Below are positions 52,515-60,320 of a stretch of DNA of 64,000 nucleotides, piece by piece (within the stretch, counting starts at the first letter, position 1; each line of letters starts with the position of its first letter). The notes under the pieces were generated by a model. It saw only the letters and a program-made list of their open reading frames with translations, had not been told where the DNA came from and searched no databases. The position numbers and the translations under genes were made by a program. This DNA is from Nitrospinaceae bacterium (GTDB taxonomy: Bacteria > Nitrospinota > Nitrospinia > Nitrospinales > Nitrospinaceae): positions 4,064,001 to 4,128,000 of the forward strand of contig OZ245011.1 of assembly GCA_965223665.1 (NCBI GenBank), read 5' to 3'.

Positions 52515-53867
52515 ATGAAGAAAATAAAAAGGGGTCAATGGTCTTCTTATTTCACTTTTATTCTTGCTGCCACCGGATCAGCAGTGGGATTGGGAAATAT
52601 TTGGAAGTTTCCTTTCGTTGTTGGAGTTAATGGTGGAGGAGCATTTGTAATAGTCTATTTGATTTGTATTGTTTTGATTGGCATCCCCATAATGATTGCA
52701 GAGGTAATGTTGGGGAAAAGAGGAAAGTTAAATCCTATCAACACAATGAGGAAACTTGCAAAGGAAGAAGAGTGTAGTCCTCATTGGCAATGGGTAGGAT
52801 GGTCGGGAACATTGGCAGGGTTCATTATATTTTCTTTCTATAGTGTAATTTCGGGTTGGGTTTTATATTATATTTTTCTTTCATTTTCTAAAGGTTTTTC
52901 CTCCCTTTCCATGGTGGAGGCGCAATCATTATTTCAAGGGTTAGTAGAAAACTCTCTTCTGGTAATGATTTGTCATTCATTATTTGTAGTGATGACTCTG
53001 GTAGTGGTTGCGAAAGGAATCCAAAAAGGATTTGAAAAGGCTGTTACCATTCTAATGCCGGTTTTGCTAATTCTCCTTGTTCTTCTTTTGGGTTATTCAA
53101 TGAATTCTGGTGCCTTTATGAAGGCAATGCATTTTTTGTTTTATCCTGATTTCACAAAACTTTCTGCAGAGAGTATATTAGCCGCAATGGGACAGGCATT
53201 TTTTACTCTTAGTCTGGCCTCAGGTGCCATCATGGTCTATGGTTCCTACCTTCCTACTCAAACGTCTATTCCCAAATTATGTTTTGTCATTGGAATTGCG
53301 GATACCGCTATAGCATTGTTATCTGGTCTTGTAGTATTTCCTATAGTTTTTGCTCAAGAGTTGCCTCCCTCTTCAGGACCCGGTTTAGTGTTTCAAGCTC
53401 TTCCGGTTGCATTTTCTGCTATGCCAGGCGGTAATTGGTTTGCTCCTTTATTTTTTATTTTATTTGTATTTGCAGCTTGGACTTCTTCGATATCAATGAT
53501 TGAAGCTGCGGTTTCTTGGATAATTGAAAACTCCGTTTGGAGTCGTTTACAAGCGTCGTTCATTGTTTGTTTGGGAGGTTGGTTCCTGGGATTGGGAACC
53601 ATTTTTTCTTTTAATATATGGAAGGGTTTTACCATTAACGGGAAGTCTTTTTTTGATTGTTTAGATTTTTTAACTTCTAATATCATGCTTCCATTGGGTG
53701 GAATATTTATAGCTATTTTTGTTGCCTGGAAATTTTCTGAAAACGTATTGCAGGAAGAATTAAAATCAATGAATCTTTTCGGCATTAAAATTTGGCGGTG
53801 GGTCACAGGCTGGATTGCTCCCGGTTTGGTGTTGCTGGTGTTTTTGCATTCAATGGGAGTTTTTTAA
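52515..53867 (+). CDS. sodium-dependent transporter, NSS/SNF family
   Basis: R.QWSS..FILAATGSAVGLGNIWKFP, NGGGAF, GQAFFTLS, GPGLVF. Confidence 0.95.
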   Translation: MKKIKRGQWSSYFTFILAATGSAVGLGNIWKFPFVVGVNGGGAFVIVYLICIVLIGIPIMIAEVMLGKRGKLNPINTMRKLAKEEECSPHWQWVGWSGTLAGFIIFSFYSVISGWVLYYIFLSFSKGFSSLSMVEAQSLFQGLVENSLLVMICHSLFVVMTLVVVAKGIQKGFEKAVTILMPVLLILLVLLLGYSMNSGAFMKAMHFLFYPDFTKLSAESILAAMGQAFFTLSLASGAIMVYGSYLPTQTSIPKLCFVIGIADTAIALLSGLVVFPIVFAQELPPSSGPGLVFQALPVAFSAMPGGNWFAPLFFILFVFAAWTSSISMIEAAVSWIIENSVWSRLQASFIVCLGGWFLGLGTIFSFNIWKGFTINGKSFFDCLDFLTSNIMLPLGGIFIAIFVAWKFSENVLQEELKSMNLFGIKIWRWVTGWIAPGLVLLVFLHSMGVF

Positions 53868-53979
53868 AGAAAATATTTAAACCAAACCATTGCTAAATAT
53901 TTTGTTGCTCCTTTCTTACTTACTGCGGTAAGATTGCTCGTCTATCCGATAGAATTTCCAACCAAAAAGAGGAGGTCTG

Positions 53980-55437
53980 TTGAGCCAGAGCACCTCAAAA
54001 ATTCCTAGAGATTCAAGAATCGCCATTATCGGTGCCGGACCGGCAGGGTTATCTACCGCATGGTTTTTGGCCAAGCATGGATTTGAGAACGTAACCGTTC
54101 TGGAAAAGCTCGGACGTGTGGGCGGACTCTGCAAAAGTATCACTATCAAAGGTATGTCCTATGACATCGGAGCAAACTATGTGACTTGGGCTTATACAGA
54201 AACTCTAAAAATAGCTGACGAATTAGGAGCAGAGACTTACGAAGAAAAACCTTACACCTCTATAGAAATAAATGAGGATGGCACTTCTGCCAGGTATAGA
54301 CCTCTGGAAGAAGCGGTCCTTTACAACCCCATTAAGAAAAAGAAAATTAAGTTTTGGGATTTAATGGTTGCGGCCATTCGTTATTTAATAATCCGCTTCA
54401 AGATCAGAAAGATAATTGATCGACCGGATTACCTTGCCAAAATAAATAAAGAGACCCATCCTGAGTTGTGTAAATCCTTTATGGATTGGTTGAGAGATCA
54501 TAAATTGGATGACTTGACGACTTTGTTCGAGTTTCCCATTACCATTATGGGTTATGGCCAATTGCGCCACATTGCAACTCCCTATGCTTTAAGATATATG
54601 TCTCTCAAAACTTTTTTTCCAATGGTAGTCCAACCTCTTCCTCTTATTGGTCCCATCCTTAGCCTATTTTTCCCATGGCCCAGGCGTTTTTCAGCAGGGT
54701 TTCAAAGATTGTGGGAACGTGTTGCCTGGTCTACTAATGTCAGGCTAAATATTAAAATCAATAATGTTAAGAGAGATCCGACTGCTACCGAATCACCTAT
54801 CATCATTGATTTCAATAAACCACATCAGGAAATGAATGAACTTGATTATTCGGAAAATGTAAAAATGCATTTTGATTATTTGATTATGGCTTGCCCTCTG
54901 ACTCAGGACGTTTTTGATGGTTTGAAACTGGATAAAACTCCCGGAGAAGAAATTTTTAATAAGATTCATGTCAATCCCTACTGCATGACAACCTACTGGG
55001 TGGACAATATGGATATGCCAGAGCCGATTGCTCCTATACTTCCGCTTCCAAAAATTGGCAAACCCTGGGCAGTGGCGCGCCAATTCCAGCACAATGGAAA
55101 TCATTTCACGCAATTCTACACTCGAACCAAAGAATCGAAGACCCTTGAAGAAATGAACCAGGATGAAATTGAAGTGAAAAAAGAGGTTAAAAAACTCATC
55201 GAGTTACTAAATGGAAAGATCGATGAAACTCACTCCAAGTGGGAAACCTATGACCGCTTCACTTACTTCCAACACGTTGAGCCAGAAGATATTGCCGATG
55301 GGTTTTACAAAAAACTCGCCGACTTACAGGGTCAAGACCGGACGTTTTATGTAGGGGGTGTCACCGATTTCGAGCTCATAGAGCCCATCGTTCAACACTC
55401 CAAATACCTCGTTGAAAAGCATTTCGTTGGTCTTTAA
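53980..55437 (+). CDS. FAD-dependent oxidoreductase, polyenoic fatty acid isomerase (PAI)-like
   Basis: DSRIAIIGAGPAGL, GRVGG.C.S, GYG...A..Y.L.Y, YF.HV..ED...G.Y..L..LQG...TFY.G....F...E....SK.LV..F. Confidence 0.8.
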   Translation: MSQSTSKIPRDSRIAIIGAGPAGLSTAWFLAKHGFENVTVLEKLGRVGGLCKSITIKGMSYDIGANYVTWAYTETLKIADELGAETYEEKPYTSIEINEDGTSARYRPLEEAVLYNPIKKKKIKFWDLMVAAIRYLIIRFKIRKIIDRPDYLAKINKETHPELCKSFMDWLRDHKLDDLTTLFEFPITIMGYGQLRHIATPYALRYMSLKTFFPMVVQPLPLIGPILSLFFPWPRRFSAGFQRLWERVAWSTNVRLNIKINNVKRDPTATESPIIIDFNKPHQEMNELDYSENVKMHFDYLIMACPLTQDVFDGLKLDKTPGEEIFNKIHVNPYCMTTYWVDNMDMPEPIAPILPLPKIGKPWAVARQFQHNGNHFTQFYTRTKESKTLEEMNQDEIEVKKEVKKLIELLNGKIDETHSKWETYDRFTYFQHVEPEDIADGFYKKLADLQGQDRTFYVGGVTDFELIEPIVQHSKYLVEKHFVGL

Positions 55438-55707
55438 TTTTAATTTGCACTAAAAATCAGTTCTGCCTCAAATATTTTCTCCCCAAAGATTCATTAATAT
55501 CACAAAAAAATAACCTCGGAATATCTGGCTAAAAAACTTTTAAATCAATAAGTTAAATCTGCATAGTTGTAATGAAGGGAAACTATATTTTTTCGAAACA
55601 CTATTTTTTTGTTGACACTGGTGTTTGTAAGTGCAAGTATTCGGAAAATTTTAATGTTCCGAATCTAGTTGGTTTTGTCTTAGTATCTCATTAATTGCTG
55701 ATTTCTC

Positions 55708-55989
55708 ATGGTTCGATTGATAAAAAGTCCGACTAAAAAGTGCCTTCCTTTTTGGGTTGTGGCAATGGTTTCGCTACTGACTCTTCTTTTCTCGCAAATT
55801 TCTCATGCCCAGGAAACCCTGGTGTTTGGGCCTGAAACGGTGACTCAAGCGGGGAGCAAAACCGTCACCCAAACTTTTGAGTTTGAAGTTTCTGCTGCAA
55901 CTTCTGGATTTATTCGCGTTTACTCCAACGATGTAGATGATGGGAATGTCACTTTCAATGCCGATAGAATCCTGGGTAAGACCAATTGA
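55708..55989 (+). CDS. N-terminal fragment (signal peptide plus first beta repeat) of the large surface protein; frameshifted
   Basis: Signal ending SHA-Q; FGPET...TFEFEV repeat matches the repeat in the next ORF; reading continues in the other frame near 55977-55989. Confidence 0.8.
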   Translation: MVRLIKSPTKKCLPFWVVAMVSLLTLLFSQISHAQETLVFGPETVTQAGSKTVTQTFEFEVSAATSGFIRVYSNDVDDGNVTFNADRILGKTN

Positions 55990-58900
55990 CTCCCGGCCAG
56001 GCCACCGTTGAAGCACCTGTAGAATTATTATCGGGAACCAACACCCTGACGGTGAAGGTAAAAGACAGTCCCGGGGGGTCATTGCAGGTTTCCATTTTTT
56101 CCGGGACTCCGGATCCACGGGTTCCGGGAACTGATGAGATCCAGCTATTTGGACCTGAAACCATTATAAAACCCAACAAGCCTTCGGTCACCGAAACTTT
56201 TGAGTTTGAGGTACCCGCGAACCGTGACGCCCTTCTTTATGTCACCAATAACAATGATGTCACTGAAGCCACGGTTTCTTTAAATGGCCACGAAATTATC
56301 GGACCGGATCGTTATAACAAGAAAATATCAAGTATAGAATTGGCAGTTCAACTTGTACAAGGAACGAACACATTGGTCGTTGCGATCGATGCAAAGGCAG
56401 GAGCTATCCTTGTTGTAACCCTGTTTGTGTTTGATGAACCACCGACAGCAAGCTTTACCGCGTCGCCCACTTCGGGAACGGTGCCCTTAACCGTTTCATT
56501 TGATGCAAGTGGATCGATGGATCCCGATAATGATATTACTTCGTACAGTTGGAACTTTGGCGACGGCAACTCTGGGACGGGGGTGAGCGCCACTAATGAT
56601 TACTTGAATCCAGGAACCTATACAGCGATCTTAACCGTGACCGATGCTTTTGGTTTATCTGATCAGACTTCTATTTTAATTGAAGCGCAACCGGCCAATA
56701 GCCTTCCTGTTGCTGCATTTACCGCATCGCCGACATCGGGAACGGTGCCGTTTTTAGTGTCGTTCGATGCGAGTGGGTCCACTGATCCCGATAACGACAT
56801 CACCTCGTACGATTGGAATTTTGGCGATGGGTTTGCCGGAACAGGAGTTACCATAGATCATTTATATAATCTGAGTGGGCCGATCACAGTGACGTTAACG
56901 GTTACAGGTTCAACAGGTCTGACTGATCAAACTACAACCCAGATCGATGGAAGTGCTCCGCCAACGATCAGCATTACATCACCAAATGCGGGTGCCTTCG
57001 TCATTCAAAACCGTCCGCCCATACAAATTAATTTTACTGACGATGAAGCGGTGGACACGGCCAGCTTAAGCTTTACTGCCAATGGTCAATCCCTAGCCGT
57101 GAGTTGCACTTTGGATACGACGTTTGGTACCTGTACCCCCACGGAAGATTTGCCTGAAGGCGATGTTACGTTAGCCGTTTCTATCAGCGATTTAGAGGGA
57201 GCCACTGGCAATACTTCCATTGATTTTTTTGTAGACAGTGTGCCTGTGGAAGTGGCGATTCTGTCTCCACAAAATGGAACCATCACAAAAGATTCGTTTA
57301 TCACAGTAACGGGATCCATTGGTCCTACGGTCATCTCTCTTACTGTGAATGGGGTGGACGCTACAATTACTGGAAGTAGTTTTACCGCCTCGGTGCCACT
57401 GCGCGAAGGCAGCAACATGCTGGTAGCCACGGGACTCAATGTCAACAATAAGCCCGGGGTGGATGCCGTAGACGTCACCCAGGATTTACAGAATCCAATC
57501 ATTCGCATCAATTCCCCCGGTGACGGATTTGTGGCAGTCGATGATAAAGTCACTGTTACCGGTATCGTCAATGACATTGTTGATGGTGGAGTAGTACCGA
57601 CGGTTGCGGTGAATGGTCAAACGGTACCAGTGGTCAATGATACTTTTGTGGCAGTCGACTTACAATTAGCAAGAGGACCCAATACCATTGAGGCCAAAGT
57701 GACAGATGGGGCGGGGAACGAAGGAACGCATAGTATTACAGTCAATTTTCAGCAACCGGCCGGACCGCGAATACGGTTCTCTTCCGGCAATGGCCAGACC
57801 GCTACGGTGGGACAGCAATTAACAAATCCACTCACGGTGCTCATCGGAGATGAACTAGGGAATCCCATCGCTGGTAGATTGGTGCGGTTTGAAGTGACCC
57901 GTAACAACGGAACCCTCACTGGAACCGGAGTCACCGAATCACCGCGGATTGTGTCGGTGCCAACTAATGGCAGCGGATTGGCCAGTGTCCAGTTTACGTT
58001 AGGCACCACCGCCGGCGGCGGTAATAACCGAGTGAAAGCGACGTCTTTAGGTGTCGCAGGAGAAGTGGAATTTTGCGCGACCGGTCTACCGGGTCCGCCC
58101 AGCCAAATTATAGCCAACATGGGAATGAACCAACGCGGCGGTATTGGCCTGCCGGCACCTATGCCTTTTGAAATATTGGTCGTGGATACCAACGGCAATC
58201 CGGTTTCGGGTGTCGATGTTACTTTTCAAGTGATCCAGGGCGGCGGAAATATTAATAACCTGGATAGCTGGTTACAGCCTACAGATGCCAATGGAGTGGC
58301 TCGATCCGCATTCACTTTAGGATTTGAACCGGGAATCAATAACAACGTCGTCACAGCAGATTTTTCGGGACTGACGGGGCTTCCCGCCACGTTTACGGTT
58401 ACGGGATTGGAACCGGGCGATCCGGCCAACACAACGTTTACCGGAGTGGTGTTGGATAATGCACAAACTCCTATACCCGGGGCAGTTATCAGCGTCGAAG
58501 GGGGAACCCCCTCGACCACAACCGATGCAGAAGGTCAGTTTGAATTGACGGGAGTTCCCGTGGGGCCGATACTATTACATATCGATCCGTCAGGCAGTTC
58601 AAGGCCGGAGACGTTTCCCCCGCTGGAGTTTGAAACGTTCACGGTAGCGGGAAATGAGAATATTCTGGGTCAGCCCATTCTCATTCCACCGATTGACACA
58701 GCCTCTGAAAAACTGGTCGGCGGAGCGACGGATGTGATTTTAGAAATGGCCGAAGTGCCGGGAGTGCAACTGAAAGTGTTTGCCAATTCTGCCACCTTTC
58801 CTGATGGTTCTTCGACGGGAACTTTATCGATCAGCCAGGTGCATTTGAACAAAGTTCCGATGCCACCGCCGGATGGAGTCATTCCCTCTGTGGCGTGGAC

Positions 58901-59693
58901 CCTGCAACCTGCAGGCGTTCACTTCGATCCTCCGGCCCAACTCACGTTGCCGAATAGTGATGGTCTCTTACCGGGAAGCATTATTGAAATCTATCAGTTT
59001 GATCACGATATTTTTGAGTTTGTCAGTGTAGGGCGTGCTACAGTTTCCGAAGACGGTCTCACCATGACCACGGACCCGGGGTTTGGTGTATCAAGAACAG
59101 GCTGGGGAGCACCAAGTCCACCGCCAACATCAGCTACTTGTTCGGGTGGATGTAACGATAACAATCGTTGTACTGACGATGGCTGTGAAAATGGTTTTTG
59201 TAATTTTGAGAAACTCACTGAACCGCAAACTATAGCCAATGGATGCAAGGGGTGCATCAACGGTACTCCCATTAAACCGAAAACTAAAGCACAATGTTGC
59301 CGGGTAGTAATTGATCCAACAGCTGGTGGTCGAGTTGCTTGTTGTAATGGCAATCTTACAGCTTGTGTTGATGTTAAAGGAACTCATCCTAATAATAATA
59401 TTTTTAGGGAATGCCTCAAAATTCACGAGCAAAGACATTTCTCTGATTTGACTTGTCCAAACGATGAAAATTCACCAAACCCATGCGGAACCACTAGGCC
59501 TGATTTTCCACAGGGAGAACAACCTCAAGCCGAATGCGATGCTTATGCAGTTGAAGTAGCTTGTTTGCAGGCAGCCCAAGCAACCAAATGTAATGGCGAT
59601 ATCGTATGTGAACAGTCAGTGGAAGATGAAATTGAAAAAAGAAAAAATAAAGGTAATGAAGAAAAACCTGGGTGTTTCCCACAAGAACAATAA
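55986..59693 (+). CDS. large exported PKD/Ig-like/carboxypeptidase-regulatory-like/ZU5-like protein with Cys-rich HExxH C-terminal domain
   Basis: Two PKD repeats (WNFGDG), Ig-like repeats, SGNGQ Big_1-like units, TTTDAEGQF.L.GVP, LQPAG..FDPPA.LTLPN, HEQRH...ECDAY. Confidence 0.85.
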   Translation: MTPGQATVEAPVELLSGTNTLTVKVKDSPGGSLQVSIFSGTPDPRVPGTDEIQLFGPETIIKPNKPSVTETFEFEVPANRDALLYVTNNNDVTEATVSLNGHEIIGPDRYNKKISSIELAVQLVQGTNTLVVAIDAKAGAILVVTLFVFDEPPTASFTASPTSGTVPLTVSFDASGSMDPDNDITSYSWNFGDGNSGTGVSATNDYLNPGTYTAILTVTDAFGLSDQTSILIEAQPANSLPVAAFTASPTSGTVPFLVSFDASGSTDPDNDITSYDWNFGDGFAGTGVTIDHLYNLSGPITVTLTVTGSTGLTDQTTTQIDGSAPPTISITSPNAGAFVIQNRPPIQINFTDDEAVDTASLSFTANGQSLAVSCTLDTTFGTCTPTEDLPEGDVTLAVSISDLEGATGNTSIDFFVDSVPVEVAILSPQNGTITKDSFITVTGSIGPTVISLTVNGVDATITGSSFTASVPLREGSNMLVATGLNVNNKPGVDAVDVTQDLQNPIIRINSPGDGFVAVDDKVTVTGIVNDIVDGGVVPTVAVNGQTVPVVNDTFVAVDLQLARGPNTIEAKVTDGAGNEGTHSITVNFQQPAGPRIRFSSGNGQTATVGQQLTNPLTVLIGDELGNPIAGRLVRFEVTRNNGTLTGTGVTESPRIVSVPTNGSGLASVQFTLGTTAGGGNNRVKATSLGVAGEVEFCATGLPGPPSQIIANMGMNQRGGIGLPAPMPFEILVVDTNGNPVSGVDVTFQVIQGGGNINNLDSWLQPTDANGVARSAFTLGFEPGINNNVVTADFSGLTGLPATFTVTGLEPGDPANTTFTGVVLDNAQTPIPGAVISVEGGTPSTTTDAEGQFELTGVPVGPILLHIDPSGSSRPETFPPLEFETFTVAGNENILGQPILIPPIDTASEKLVGGATDVILEMAEVPGVQLKVFANSATFPDGSSTGTLSISQVHLNKVPMPPPDGVIPSVAWTLQPAGVHFDPPAQLTLPNSDGLLPGSIIEIYQFDHDIFEFVSVGRATVSEDGLTMTTDPGFGVSRTGWGAPSPPPTSATCSGGCNDNNRCTDDGCENGFCNFEKLTEPQTIANGCKGCINGTPIKPKTKAQCCRVVIDPTAGGRVACCNGNLTACVDVKGTHPNNNIFRECLKIHEQRHFSDLTCPNDENSPNPCGTTRPDFPQGEQPQAECDAYAVEVACLQAAQATKCNGDIVCEQSVEDEIEKRKNKGNEEKPGCFPQEQ
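56438..56945 (+). repeat. two tandem PKD-domain coding repeats
   Basis: FTASPTSGTVP..VSFDASGS.DPDNDITSY.WNFGDG twice, also visible at DNA level. Confidence 0.85.
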
Positions 59694-59702
59694 AGGTTTA
59701 AT

Positions 59703-60284
59703 ATGCCATATTCTTCACATTTAAAGTTGTTCCTGGTAATAATTAGTTTGTTGATATTTCCAAATTTGGTTTTGGCTCAAGGAGATTGTGGCGCACCTGA
59801 GTTGTCCTTAGAACAAATTCACGAAATTATTAAAAAGGAAAGATTAAAGAGGAGTGATTTGCCTCAGGCGTTTCCCAAATATGAATATAGCTTAAAAAAA
59901 CAAGGTTGTTACTATATCTATTTTGAAAAAAAGCAGCCTTATGAAATTCATTACTCTCGTAGTTTTACACTTAATAGATTTGGCGCTATTGTCGAAGTTC
60001 GAAGAGGCCATGGTTTAGAAGTAGAACTTAAATGCCCTGAGAAAGTGTATTCCGAAAGTGAAGTAGAGAAAATCATTAAGAAAGAGCGTGAATTGCACCG
60101 GGATATACCACCACCTTTTTCAAATTTCAAAGTGCAATTTAAAAGAATTGGCTGCTCTTATTGGTATGTTGAGGTGGAATTACCGGAAGAATCCAAAAAT
60201 TATATAGCTTTTAAAATTGATGCTTTTGGTGGGTTGATGAAATTTTCTCGTGACAAACGTAAAAGCCAAAGCAAAAGAGAATAA
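59703..60284 (+). CDS. secreted two-repeat protein, putative immunity/inhibitor (PepSY-like)
   Basis: Signal ending VLA-Q; two ~75-aa repeats C...S......IIKKER....D.P..F......K..GC.Y.Y.E.........F....FG. Confidence 0.75.
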   Translation: MPYSSHLKLFLVIISLLIFPNLVLAQGDCGAPELSLEQIHEIIKKERLKRSDLPQAFPKYEYSLKKQGCYYIYFEKKQPYEIHYSRSFTLNRFGAIVEVRRGHGLEVELKCPEKVYSESEVEKIIKKERELHRDIPPPFSNFKVQFKRIGCSYWYVEVELPEESKNYIAFKIDAFGGLMKFSRDKRKSQSKRE

Positions 60285-60320
60285 TAATTTGATAAAAATA
60301 TTTTGGAATAATTTGTGATA

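Noticed and set aside
59070-59105. TTDPG as an Rhs-type DPxG autocleavage motif
   Set aside because: No YD repeats or Rhs core; only a superficial resemblance, kept just as a junction landmark
56348-59682. Series of minus-strand ORFs within the large surface protein gene
   Set aside because: Antisense shadows of a Thr/Gly/Val-rich coding strand
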